From positions 3,808,001 through 3,872,000 of the forward strand of contig CAXXLZ010000002.1 of assembly GCA_963675595.2 (NCBI GenBank): a stretch of DNA of 64,000 nt, given 5' to 3'. Shown here piece after piece: positions 1-9,644 of the stretch. The first letter of the stretch is position 1; every line of letters begins with the position of its first letter. A program made the position numbers and the translations under genes. The notes beneath the pieces were generated by a model. It had not been told where the DNA came from. It worked only from the letters and a program-made list of their open reading frames with translations, and ran no database searches. Source of the DNA: Thermodesulfobacteriota bacterium. Lineage in GTDB: Bacteria > Desulfobacterota > Desulfarculia > JACQYL01.

Positions 1-414
1 TCCCGGGGAATGTCTTTCGGGCCCGGAGTTTTCGTCCATCTAATGGGGACCGGAGAGCGGACCCCGCCGTTCTGGGTCCTGCAGAAATTTCCACAGTTGG
101 ATCAAAGACGGGGCGGCAAGTACACGTTTGCCCTCAAGTCTTTCCAGGAGGTTTATTATACCGGCCTTCAAGCGAACAGGGACCCGGGCGTGGCGCTTGT
201 CTATTTAGGGTTCATCCTGATGCTTATCGGATTTCCCGTCACTTTTTTCATGTCTCACCGCATGATTTGGCTCCAAGTGGGGAGCACGGGCAAGAATCTG
301 AAAGTGATTCTAGCGGGCACGGCCCATCGAAATCGGCTCGCTTTCTCCAAGTCGATGGACGGGCTTTGGGAGGAAATCTCGACCGCCCTTAATGAAGAGG
401 AACGACAGCCATGA
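1..414 (+). CDS. resB: Cytochrome c biogenesis protein ResB/CcsB, C-terminal part (5' truncated by window)
   Basis: YYTGLQANRDPGVALVYLGFILML...FFMSHRMIW is the typical ResB C-terminus; frame open from base 1; ATGA overlap with ccsA. Confidence 0.85.
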   Translation, partial: SRGMSFGPGVFVHLMGTGERTPPFWVLQKFPQLDQRRGGKYTFALKSFQEVYYTGLQANRDPGVALVYLGFILMLIGFPVTFFMSHRMIWLQVGSTGKNLKVILAGTAHRNRLAFSKSMDGLWEEISTALNEEERQP

Positions 415-1256
415 CGAGTTCTCTTGCTCTGAGCATCGTGACTTTCATCTACCTGGGGTCCTCGGTGCTTTACCTGTTTTACCTGGTGTTCCGCACGCGG
501 GTTGCGGCCACCATGGGTACGTGGGTCGCCCTGGGCGGATTCCTGTTGAACACCTACGGAATCATCATGCGCTGGATCGAATCCTACGATCTGGGCATCG
601 GGCATGCCCCGCTGTCGAATCTGTATGAATCCCTGGTCTTTTTCGCCTGGACGATCATCTTGTGCTATTTGATTCTGGAGCGGAAATACGGTCAGAAGAC
701 CGTGGGCGCGTTCGTGGTTCCTTTCGCCTTTTTCTCCATGGCCTACGCTTCTTTTTCGTCTTCCGTGGACAGCCGCATACAGCCTTTGATCCCGGCGCTC
801 AAGAGCAACTGGCTGATTGCCCACGTGGTCACCTGTTTTCTGGGGTACGCCGCCTTTGCGGTGGCTTGTGGGTTGAGCGTCATGTACCTGATCAAGAGCA
901 AAAAGCAGCGTGCCGGTTCGGACGGTCTGAAGTTCCTCCCGGATCCCCCGCTCATTGAGGACGTTTCCTACAAGATGATTCTGATCGGATTCGTGTTGCT
1001 TTCGGCGGGCATCATCACCGGGTCGGTCTGGGCGCATTCGGCTTGGGGCACCTACTGGAGCTGGGACCCCAAGGAGACCTGGTCGCTGATTACCTGGATC
1101 GTGTATGCGGTTCTTCTTCATGCCCGTTACATGAAGGGCTGGTCCGGGAACCGGATCGCGGTGATCTCCATCGTGGGGTTTTGCTGCGTCCTATTTACCT
1201 ATTTCGGGGTCAATTTCCTTCTCAGCGGACTGCACAGCTACGCCGCTTCCAGCTGA
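411..1256 (+). CDS. ccsA: Cytochrome c biogenesis protein CcsA/ResC (system II)
   Basis: WWD motif WAHSAWGTYWSWDPKETWSLITW, HAPLSNLYES, C-terminal GLHSYA; multiple TM segments. Confidence 0.95.
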   Translation: MTSSLALSIVTFIYLGSSVLYLFYLVFRTRVAATMGTWVALGGFLLNTYGIIMRWIESYDLGIGHAPLSNLYESLVFFAWTIILCYLILERKYGQKTVGAFVVPFAFFSMAYASFSSSVDSRIQPLIPALKSNWLIAHVVTCFLGYAAFAVACGLSVMYLIKSKKQRAGSDGLKFLPDPPLIEDVSYKMILIGFVLLSAGIITGSVWAHSAWGTYWSWDPKETWSLITWIVYAVLLHARYMKGWSGNRIAVISIVGFCCVLFTYFGVNFLLSGLHSYAASS

Positions 1257-1386
1257 AATACCGTGAGAGTCGTGAACCGGCGCGGGTATCGGGCCTTGAG
1301 CCGCCGCCTCGCCCGTTGCCGGTTCCCCTTCCATGTTGCGACCAGCCGGCAGACACTCCTTCATCCTCCGGCGGCGGACCGCGGTT

Positions 1387-1587
1387 TCACTCCGAAGGTC
1401 TGGAAATCTCCCGCTTTCGAAAATGGCATCTCGCCCGCTGACATACGGGGCAGGTCAAGGCTTCGGGCAGCTCCTCAAACGGGGTGCCCGGCGCGTATCC
1501 CCCACGGTCGTCCCCCCTTTCGGGTTCGTACCGATATCCGCATGGGCAGTCGTAGCACGTAACCTTTCGGTAGTCTGTCTCAGTCAT
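1387..1587 (-). CDS. Rubredoxin-like protein
   Basis: CPCGYRYEPERGD...PGTPFEELPE..TCPVC; ATG at 1587 preceded by GGGAG. Confidence 0.8.
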   Translation of the reverse strand: MTETDYRKVTCYDCPCGYRYEPERGDDRGGYAPGTPFEELPEALTCPVCQRARCHFRKREISRPSE

Positions 1588-1641
1588 GTTCGGTTCTCCC
1601 GTTTCCAAACGCGTTCTGTTCGACGGTCAAGAAAGATCGAT

Positions 1642-1688
1642 TCGCGGCATGCTTCAACATCGCGGCATGCTTCAACATCGCGGCATGC
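1642..1688. repeat. 18-bp tandem repeat (TCGCGGCATGCTTCAACA, 2 full copies plus a partial copy)
   Basis: Direct reading: 1642-1659, 1660-1677, partial 1678-1688. Confidence 0.9.
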
Positions 1689-1766
1689 CGGCGGCCGAAA
1701 ACCTTCGACGAGTACGTCTCCCGTCATTTCCCATGCGTCCGACGATCTTCAGCGCTTCTTTAAGGA

Positions 1767-2135
1767 TCAGTGAACCGACACGGCAGGTTCGATTTCGCGT
1801 TCCAACCAATTCCTTAGTTCGTCATCAAGGGCGTACACGCCTTTGTTATGTCCCACGGAGCGAAGAAATCGTTCCCTGAGGTGGTAGGGGACCTCGTCGG
1901 AGGCCACCTCAACGGCGCCTTCGGATGATCTACGGATGAGATAGATCATGGGCGGATCGCTCCAGGTATTGACGACGAAATAGTAAGAAACGTCGTCCCT
2001 GGATCGGACCATGCGTCCATGAGACCAGTTGTTGCCCCATTCGAGGTAGAGGGTGACCGCTTCTTCCGGGGTCATTTCCCAATCGACGTCGTTGACGATC
2101 TCGGGTTCCTGTCGTAGTTGGTTTAGGCGAAGCAT
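1767..2135 (-). CDS. DVU0772-family protein
   Basis: VDWEMTPEEAVTLYLEWGNNW signature; GGAG SD upstream. Confidence 0.8.
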   Translation of the reverse strand: MLRLNQLRQEPEIVNDVDWEMTPEEAVTLYLEWGNNWSHGRMVRSRDDVSYYFVVNTWSDPPMIYLIRRSSEGAVEVASDEVPYHLRERFLRSVGHNKGVYALDDELRNWLEREIEPAVSVH

Positions 2136-2150
2136 GGCGACTCCTCTCTT

Positions 2151-2182
2151 AATTGAATTAAAAGGACCTTTTTTATTCTATT
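2151..2182. promoter_or_regulatory. Imperfect AT-rich palindrome, candidate operator for the DVU0772-like gene
   Basis: AATTGAATTAAAAGG-A-CCTTTTTTATTCTATT just upstream of the SD. Confidence 0.3.
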
Positions 2183-2292
2183 TAACCATCTCTGAAAGCA
2201 TGTCAATCAAACGGACGGGGGCTGCGTCGGTTTCCGCAGATCGGGCGCAGCGGCTTCAAGGATGATGAATTCAATCGAAAGGATGGGCAAAA

Positions 2293-2946
2293 ATGGGCAC
2301 GCACAATACGGTCGCAGGGCGGCGTGATCGGCCTCGTCGTAAGTTATATGGTTGGGCTTTGGGGTTGTGGGCGGTGATCTTCGTCGTCTCGGGCTGTGCG
2401 TCCGATAACGGGCGAGTAAACGGCTTGAACGCCGATAGCGAAGTATCGCGCGGCGTGATCGTCGGCACGTTCACCCCTCGGCGGGTGGTGGGAATCCTTG
2501 GTTCCTTGGATGGATTCGGCGGGCATACACTGGAAATCCGAAGCGTCGCCGGGGGGAAAATCTTCGTCGTTCCAGGCGCGGGCTATTTTCAGCTCTCTTT
2601 GGAACCCGGTGCATACGAACTCCTGCGGATTCGTCTGGACGGTAAGGACCTGATTCCTCTTTCGGAACCGTTTCGCTTCCTGGTGACAGGAGGAGAAGTG
2701 AGCTACGTCGGCTCCATCGTGACCGAGCGGGATATCTCATCCGGAACAACGGCCGTGGGCAAGACCTACCTGTTGGTTCCCTCCAGAAGGAACGCCGAAC
2801 TTCGCAGAGACAGGGCACCTCAACGGGTCCGACCCGAGGAAGTGGTATTGTACGTAGTGAACGCTCAATCCGCGGTGGAGGAACTGTTCCGAGAGCGGAA
2901 CCCGGAACGGGCCGGTGTCCGACTGGTCTTTCGGCCGGCGAAATAG
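2293..2946 (+). CDS. Hypothetical lipoprotein
   Basis: Basic N-region, hydrophobic stretch and lipobox-like VSGC; no family recognised. Confidence 0.6.
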   Translation: MGTHNTVAGRRDRPRRKLYGWALGLWAVIFVVSGCASDNGRVNGLNADSEVSRGVIVGTFTPRRVVGILGSLDGFGGHTLEIRSVAGGKIFVVPGAGYFQLSLEPGAYELLRIRLDGKDLIPLSEPFRFLVTGGEVSYVGSIVTERDISSGTTAVGKTYLLVPSRRNAELRRDRAPQRVRPEEVVLYVVNAQSAVEELFRERNPERAGVRLVFRPAK

Positions 2947-3028
2947 AAGACGGGGAGGCTTGGTGGTGGGGGCTCGAATTTGCCGGACCACACAGGGCTC
3001 CGCAGAAAACCGGCTCCCCAAAGCCGAG

Positions 3029-3072
3029 AAGACCCCTTAAGCCCGCCGTCGGCGAGGCTTAAGGGGTCTTTT
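3029..3072. terminator. Intrinsic terminator between convergent genes
   Basis: AAGACCCCTTAAGCC...GGCTTAAGGGGTCTT followed by T run. Confidence 0.75.
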
Positions 3073-3112
3073 GCAGCAGCCGCTGCTTGAAGCGAAAGTG
3101 TGAAACTCGCGC

Positions 3113-4663
3113 CTAGAGCGGCAGGTTGTCGTGCCTCTTTTCGGGCATGCTGTCTTTCTTGGTCTGCAACGCTTGCAGCGCCGCAATCAGCTTCCTTCTG
3201 GTATCTTCCGGGAAAATCACCTCGTCCACGTATCCGAAAGACGCCGCTTGGTAAGGGTTGGCGAACTTGGTTCGGTAGGCTTCGACCATTTCGACTTCCT
3301 TGGCCGCCGGATCCTCGGCGTCTGCGATCTCTTTACGGAACACGATGTTCACCGCTCCGTCCGGTCCCATGACCGCGATCTCAGCCGTGGGATAGGCGAA
3401 ATTGACGTCCGCCCAGAGATGCTTGCTGCTCATGACGATGTAGGCGCCGCCGTAGGCCTTTCGGGTGATCACCGTGATCTTGGGCACGGTGGCTTCGCAG
3501 AAGGCGTAGATCAGCTTGGCTCCGTGCTTGATAATGCCGCCGTATTCCTGGACGGTTCCGGGAAGGAATCCGGGCACGTCGCAGAACGTGACCAAAGGAA
3601 TGTTGAAGGCGTCACAGAAACGCACGAACCGGGCGCCCTTGAGGGACGCGTTGATGTCCAAACAACCGGCCTGAGCGAACGGCTGGTTGGCGACGATGCC
3701 CACGGGGTGACCGTCCAGTCGAGCGAACCCCACCACGATGTTCGGTGCGTAATCTTTGTGTACTTCGAAGAAGTAGTTATTGTCCGCCACGGACTTGATG
3801 ATTTTCTTGATGTTGTAGACCTGTTTGGGACTGTCCGGGATCAGGTTGCGAAGGTCCATGTCGACGCGGTTCGGGTCGTCGGTGGGCTCGAGCCGGGGCG
3901 GCTTTTCGCGGAAGCTCTGGGGCAGGAAAGTGAGCAGTTCACGAACCTGTTCAATCACTGCCTGGTCGTTCTTGCCCTTGAAGTGAGCCACGCCGCTCTT
4001 GCTCGTATGAATCTTGGGACCGCCCAACGTCTCCGTGGAAACTTCCTCGTGGCACACGGTCTTCACCACGTTCGGTCCGGTAATGAACATGTAGGAACTC
4101 TGTTCCACCATGAAGATGAAGTCGGTCAGAGCGGGTGAGTAGACGGCTCCTCCGGCGCAGGGTCCCATGATGACGGATATCTGAGGCACGACGCCGGATG
4201 CCAGCACGTTGTTCATGAAGATGTTTCCATAGCCGCTCAGGCTCGTAACACCTTCCTGGATTCGCGCGCCGCCGGAATCACACAGGCCGATAACGGGGCA
4301 GTTGTTCTTCAGGCCCATTTCCATGACCTTGCAGATCTTTTGGGCGTGGGCGATTCCAAGGCTGCCGCCCAGCACGGTGAAATCCTGGGCGAAGGCGCAA
4401 GCCAAACGACCGTTGATTTTGCCGTACCCTACCACAACGCCGTCGCCGGGGAACCGTTTCTTGTCCATTCCGAAGTCCACGGCCGTGTGGTACACGAACT
4501 TGTCCATTTCCTGGAACGTGCCTTCATCGAACAGCAGAGCGATCCTTTCGCGGGCAGTGAGCTTTCCCTTCTTGTGCTGGTCGTCGATGCGGCCCTGGCC
4601 GCCTCCCATATCCGCTTCCGCAATCTTGTCTTCTAAGAGCTTGAACTTTTCTTCGTTTGCCAT
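3113..4663 (-). CDS. Acyl-CoA carboxylase carboxyltransferase (PccB / methylmalonyl-CoA decarboxylase alpha type)
   Basis: [44 protein letters not shown]-terminal KRHDNLPL. Confidence 0.92.
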   Translation of the reverse strand: MANEEKFKLLEDKIAEADMGGGQGRIDDQHKKGKLTARERIALLFDEGTFQEMDKFVYHTAVDFGMDKKRFPGDGVVVGYGKINGRLACAFAQDFTVLGGSLGIAHAQKICKVMEMGLKNNCPVIGLCDSGGARIQEGVTSLSGYGNIFMNNVLASGVVPQISVIMGPCAGGAVYSPALTDFIFMVEQSSYMFITGPNVVKTVCHEEVSTETLGGPKIHTSKSGVAHFKGKNDQAVIEQVRELLTFLPQSFREKPPRLEPTDDPNRVDMDLRNLIPDSPKQVYNIKKIIKSVADNNYFFEVHKDYAPNIVVGFARLDGHPVGIVANQPFAQAGCLDINASLKGARFVRFCDAFNIPLVTFCDVPGFLPGTVQEYGGIIKHGAKLIYAFCEATVPKITVITRKAYGGAYIVMSSKHLWADVNFAYPTAEIAVMGPDGAVNIVFRKEIADAEDPAAKEVEMVEAYRTKFANPYQAASFGYVDEVIFPEDTRRKLIAALQALQTKKDSMPEKRHDNLPL

Positions 4664-5710
4664 TTTATCCTCCCGATCATTGTTGCGATTTCGAACAGAT
4701 CACTTCAATCTTTTTCATTTTGGAGGCATTTTATCTAAAAACGCCCATTCGGCTTTGGGAAACGCGATTCATGACCCACTTCAAGTGCCTAAAATCATTT
4801 GCCCCTCGGGGCTGGTAACCCCGAGTCGTCAGGTCCAAGATTCAAAGCTTCTTCCAGATGCCGACCTTTTCGGGGATCATCCCGAAGTGAAGGATCATAT
4901 AATGGATAACCCGGGCGTCGGAAAAATGTGAACGGGCGGGGGCGGGCCCCACCCTTCGGCGCTCGGATCCGGCGAAGCGGCGAAACGGCGGCGCTTTGCC
5001 GGACGAAACCGTCCCGGCCGTGACTTCCATCTTGAACGACGAGGGGTGAAATGGGAAGATCACAAGGCTCTGGGGAAAGAAGGCTGAAAAGGACCGGGAG
5101 CACTTCTGGGAACCGGCTGAGTTTGCGGTCCGCGCAAGGGACGAGCACATGGTCACAAATCATGAGTTTCCTGCATAACTTGAACAGTCAGAGTACATGA
5201 GCCTCTTACATGCCGGATTCGAGAAATGTCAAGTCAAAATAGGAAACCGGGAGCCCTCCGGACTCTTCCGCTAAACGGAAGTATCGCGGTAAAACCCGCA
5301 TGGAAGGCGGAAAAGAGTCAATGAGGAGGGAAGGTCGCCCTCACAATTTCTCTAAAAAGACTTGGAGGGTCATTATTGTGTGCGTTAATAAATCAGAGGC
5401 GACGATGAATTTCGTTTAAGAAATCGTATTCCAACTCTTATCGGGAAGCCGTGGACCCTTTCCTGTGATCATGTTGGTCTCCTTGCTGTTTGGGTGATGC
5501 TCTATCATAACGATCGAGCACCTGAGGCCAACATGGTATTTCGTGCTGCTCGGTTTCCGGTCGCACCTCGCGGGTTCGCGTTGCGTCGGCTGAGGGTGTG
5601 GTTAACATGGACTTTATGGGCCGACGGCCTGATAGCCGGCGGCTCACTTGTTCCGGGCAAGGGTCCATTGGACGTCGCCCGGGAAATCGAACTCTATCGT
5701 GGAGGTTTAC

Positions 5711-6667
5711 GTGAAATCATACGTTTTAAGTTTTGGCAGGCGGGGAGCGGAGATATTAAACAGACATCTTAAAGCCGGCGGGGACGTGACCTCGGTCGCT
5801 TTTGCGGACACCGATGCGGAGGATCTGGCCCTGCGGCCCGAATCCATGAGACTTCATCTGGGAGCCGGGATTCCTCCGGAAGACGTCGTGCGCAACGACA
5901 TTTCCTTTGCGGCGAAGGCTGCTCTCGGCGAACGAGAAGAGATCGAAAAGCGGATCGAGAAGGCCGCTGCTGTGATCCTTACGGCTGGATTGGGCGGAGG
6001 AACCGGAGCCGGTGCGGCCGAGGCGACCGCATCCATTTGCAGGGAAAAGGGCGTCTTTACCGCGGCCGTGGTAACCCGCCCCTTCGGTTTGGAAGGAGAA
6101 AAGCGGGTTCACCGGGCTGCGTCGGGTTTGCGTCGACTCGAAAAAGAAGTCGGATTCATGATTCCGCTTTTTCAGGATAGTCTACTGAGTTCGGCGGAGA
6201 AGGTCACCCGCGTGAGGGAACTCATGGGCGTGGCGGACGAATACGCGGCGAACGCGGTGGAAGGCCTTCTCGAGCTTCTGCAGAGTCCGCTCGCCGAGCA
6301 GTTCGCAAAAGACTTCGGTGGGTCTTCCGGTCGTGGGGTGTTCGGTTACGGCATGTCGGACCAAGCCGACGGTTTGATGGACGCGATCACAATCGCCTTG
6401 GAAAGTCCCTTCATTTCGGGGGTTTCACTAAGTCGTACCGAAAATTTGGCTTTGACCGTTCGGGCGCCGCAGCCCGTGGATGATCGGAGTATTGACGCGG
6501 CGGTTTCTCTGCTGCGTGAGAGAACCGGGGCGCAAGTCAACATTCTTGTGGCCCGGACCGTGGCCCAAAACGAATCTTCACTTCGGGTGTGCGTCTTCCC
6601 GCAGGGGGAATTCGGAGAACCCTCGGCATCGGGGGGGCATATCTTCACTCCGGTTTATCAGGGATGA
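5711..6667 (+). CDS. Divergent FtsZ/tubulin-family protein
   Basis: AGLGGGTGAGAA signature, DTDA, VVTRPFGLEGEKR, SPFI; GTG start at 5711 after GGAGG; T1, T3 and T7 loops degenerate. Confidence 0.8.
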   Translation: MKSYVLSFGRRGAEILNRHLKAGGDVTSVAFADTDAEDLALRPESMRLHLGAGIPPEDVVRNDISFAAKAALGEREEIEKRIEKAAAVILTAGLGGGTGAGAAEATASICREKGVFTAAVVTRPFGLEGEKRVHRAASGLRRLEKEVGFMIPLFQDSLLSSAEKVTRVRELMGVADEYAANAVEGLLELLQSPLAEQFAKDFGGSSGRGVFGYGMSDQADGLMDAITIALESPFISGVSLSRTENLALTVRAPQPVDDRSIDAAVSLLRERTGAQVNILVARTVAQNESSLRVCVFPQGEFGEPSASGGHIFTPVYQG

Positions 6668-6701
6668 AGCGGGAGCGAAATTCGGGAGAGCTGTTTTCAT
6701 G

Positions 6702-6746
6702 AAAAAAACACCCCGCGCTTTCATCGTGTGATGGAAGCGCGGGGTG
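6702..6746 (-). terminator. Intrinsic terminator downstream of the FmdB-like gene
   Basis: CACCCCGCGCTT...AAGCGCGGGGTG stem with an A7 run on + (U-tract on -). Confidence 0.75.
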
Positions 6747-6874
6747 AGGGGTGAGGGAGGAGATGGCGAAATGGAAACGCGGACATCATTTCGCAACATC
6801 CAGAGGATGCCTCTCCGGAGGAATGGAGTCCGCGTTCCCGAGTCAGGGGACGGGTCAGTACGGCGGAATCGCCA

Positions 6875-7102
6875 CTATCTTCCGCAGCAATGCTTGGGTT
6901 GGCTGCACGGAGTCGCCGAGCCGCAACAGGTGCCGCCGCCGTCTTGGAATCCTCCCGTCATGACGGGTGGTGCGGCGGCGCTCATAACCCGCTCCGCAGA
7001 TGCTCCGCAATGGGGGCAATCCGTTTGTCGCGGCGAGTCCAACGATTCAAGACGCTCAAAAGTCTTTCCGCATGCAGCGCAAGTATATTCGTAAATAGGC
7101 AT
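6875..7102 (-). CDS. FmdB-family zinc-ribbon protein
   Basis: MPIYEYTCAACGKTFE...CPHCG plus Cys-rich tail. Confidence 0.85.
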   Translation of the reverse strand: MPIYEYTCAACGKTFERLESLDSPRQTDCPHCGASAERVMSAAAPPVMTGGFQDGGGTCCGSATPCSQPKHCCGR

Positions 7103-7470
7103 ATTACACTCGTAGCAACAACCATGCCGCAATGCCTTGAAACGAGGACGGGCTTGAAAGAGGCGTGGGAGAAAGGTTCATTTCCAACGGGCGGGCTCCA
7201 TCATGGCCGGCGGATTGCGATACGCAAATAGAGGCCTCCGAAAAAGATGCAAAAAGCAATCCGATCCGATGACCATTCGGCTTCGAAATTGTCGCGTTGC
7301 GTCGTGGATGAGTCGCTTGTCTGCAGGAAAACATTTCAGCGGCCCGTCGAGCAGCTACCGCCGCCGGCCGGTGAGGAATCGCGGATACGGGAGCCGGTCG
7401 GGTTTCCGAGAATGGGGCGCACATGGGAAATAGACTGCGGAGCGCGTTGATTACGCACCCGTAAGGGGTG

Positions 7471-7532
7471 AAAAGCGAAACCCCGATCCCTTTGAGTTGG
7501 GGGAGGGTGATGAGACGGGATCGGAGTCTCGC
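7471..7532 (-). terminator. Possible terminator of the fad operon (large loop)
   Basis: GCGAAACCCCGATCCC / GGGATCGGAGTCTCGC stem, short U-tract on -. Confidence 0.4.
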
Positions 7533-7649
7533 GATTCGACTTTGAAAGGTTGATTCAAGCTCGCCGGTCGCGTGGGAGGATTGCGTCCGACGAGCTCGAA
7601 GGAGAGGCGGGGGAGTCCGTTTTTGGTTCTTCCCCTTGGAGGGTTACGA

Positions 7650-9443
7650 TTACTTGAGTTCGAAAGGATACTTTTCGGTTTCGATAATGCGCTGAGCCAG
7701 CTCTCGTCTCAGGCTCACCGCGTCCACGGGCTCGTAGCGGCAGAGTTTCTTGATGGCCATGAGCTGAGTGCGGAGGGTCTCCGCTTCTTCCACATGGGCC
7801 ATGGCCTTCTTTGCCCAGGTTTCGATCTTCAGCACGGCGTCGTCCACGTAGACTTTGACCGCCGCGATGTACGGTGCGGCCTTTTCCAGTCCGAATTTCT
7901 CGATGGCCCCGGCGGCGCGCAGCAGCCCGCTTTCCATGGCGAAAATCTCGATGATCATGTCGCTGATCAGGGCGATGACTTCCTGCTCTTCCTCGAGCTT
8001 GGCCATGTATTTCTGTGCGGCCACACCGGCGGTCATGAGCGCGGTTTTCTTCAGCATGCGGATCATGTGTTCCTGCATGGCCAGAGGCGTATCGGGCAGT
8101 TCCACGGCCAGCGGGTGGTATTCCATGATGTCGCTCGTCAGCTTCTGGAAGGCGGCCATCAGGGGCAATTCGCCTTTCATGGCCCGACGCATGATGGTGC
8201 CGGTGACCAGCAGCCGATTGATTTCGTTGGTTCCCTCGTAAATCCGATTGATGCGGGCGTCCCGGTAGGCCCTTTCGGCGGGGTATTCACTAACGTAGCC
8301 GTAGCCGCCCAAGGTCTGCACATACTCGTCCACGACGAAGGATAGGACTTCGGAGCAGTACACCTTGTTGATGGAACATTCCACCGCGTACTCACCGATG
8401 GCCTTGGCGTTTTCCTCGCCTTTCTTCTTTTTTTCTTCATCCAGGGTACCCAACTGGTCGTCGAACATGCCCGCCGTGCGGTAGATCATGGATTCGGCCA
8501 TGTAAGTCTTGATGGCCATGTCCGCCAGCTTTCCCCGGATCAGGCCGAAATTGCTGATGGGGGTTTTGAACTGGATGCGACCGTTGGCATACTTGGTGGC
8601 TTCAACGATGCACCTCTTGGCTCCTCCCACGGCGGCGGCGCCGAGTTTCCAGCGGCCGATGTTCAGCACGTTGAAGGCTACCTTGTGGCCTTGTCCGACC
8701 ACGTAAAGCACGTTTTCCACGGGCACCTTCACGTCTTCCAGAATCACGGTACGGGTGGAAGAGCCGTGGATGCCCATCTTCTTTTCTTCGGCGCCGGTGG
8801 ACACCCCGGGAAATTTACGTTCCACGATGAAGGAGGTGAACTGCTCTCCATCCACCTTGGCGTAAACGATAAAGGTGTCCGCCCATCCGGCGTTGGTGAT
8901 GAACATCTTTTCGCCGTTCAGGGTGTAGCAGGTGCCGTCGTCCGACAAGACCGCCTTGGTGCGGGCATTGAGCGCATCGGATCCGGCGCCGGCTTCGGTA
9001 AGGCAATAGGCGCCGCAAAGTTCGCCGGAGGCCAGGCCGGGAAGGTACTTGCTTTTCTGTTCATCGGTCCCGAAATACACGATGGGCAACGTTCCGATAC
9101 CGGTCTGAGCGCCGTGGGCCACCGCAAAGGAGCCTCCTCCTCCGATGGCTTCCGTAACCACCGTGGTGCTGACCTTATCGAGCCCCAGACCGCCGTATTC
9201 TTCCGGAACGTCGGTTCCGTTGAAGCCGAGTTCCCCGGCCTTGAGGAGAATGCCGCGCATGAATTCCGCATCTTTGGATTCGATTCTTTCCGTGTTGGCA
9301 ATGAGTTCGTTCTCCACGAAATCCCGAGCGGTGTCCAGGATCATGCGGTGCTCCTCGGAGAAATCCTCGGGAGTGAACACGTCCTCGGCGGACAGATCGG
9401 CGATTAGAAACTCAGCGCCCTTGAAAATCTTTCTTTCGGCCAT
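7650..9443 (-). CDS. fadE: Acyl-CoA dehydrogenase (FadE-like)
   Basis: YCLTEAGAGSDA, GEKMFITN, YRDARINRIYEGTNEINR; start MAERK after GGAG. Confidence 0.9.
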   Translation of the reverse strand: MAERKIFKGAEFLIADLSAEDVFTPEDFSEEHRMILDTARDFVENELIANTERIESKDAEFMRGILLKAGELGFNGTDVPEEYGGLGLDKVSTTVVTEAIGGGGSFAVAHGAQTGIGTLPIVYFGTDEQKSKYLPGLASGELCGAYCLTEAGAGSDALNARTKAVLSDDGTCYTLNGEKMFITNAGWADTFIVYAKVDGEQFTSFIVERKFPGVSTGAEEKKMGIHGSSTRTVILEDVKVPVENVLYVVGQGHKVAFNVLNIGRWKLGAAAVGGAKRCIVEATKYANGRIQFKTPISNFGLIRGKLADMAIKTYMAESMIYRTAGMFDDQLGTLDEEKKKKGEENAKAIGEYAVECSINKVYCSEVLSFVVDEYVQTLGGYGYVSEYPAERAYRDARINRIYEGTNEINRLLVTGTIMRRAMKGELPLMAAFQKLTSDIMEYHPLAVELPDTPLAMQEHMIRMLKKTALMTAGVAAQKYMAKLEEEQEVIALISDMIIEIFAMESGLLRAAGAIEKFGLEKAAPYIAAVKVYVDDAVLKIETWAKKAMAHVEEAETLRTQLMAIKKLCRYEPVDAVSLRRELAQRIIETEKYPFELK

Positions 9444-9644
9444 TTCCAGGTCTCCTTTTTGCCTCGGTTCAGAGGAAATAGGTTGTTTCAAAGCTTGATG
9501 GTCCGCCCGGGCTATCCTTGACAGCCTCCTGCGACAGGCTCGTTTCAATGGGCCGCCGACGGAGCGGCCGGTGATTGGATTGCCACAAGAAACTTACGGA
9601 CTTGTTGGAAGCGGCGACAGCCGAAGCGCCGGCCTCCGACACCA

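Noticed and set aside
1642-1688. Possible CRISPR array
   Set aside because: 18-bp units abut with no spacers; no cas genes in the window
4826-4852. TCAGGTCC resembling the SRP RNA core
   Set aside because: Lacks the following GNRA loop and GGAAGCAGC
5711-6667. Calling this gene the canonical ftsZ
   Set aside because: Missing T7 catalytic residues, C-terminal peptide and dcw context, so no gene symbol was assigned
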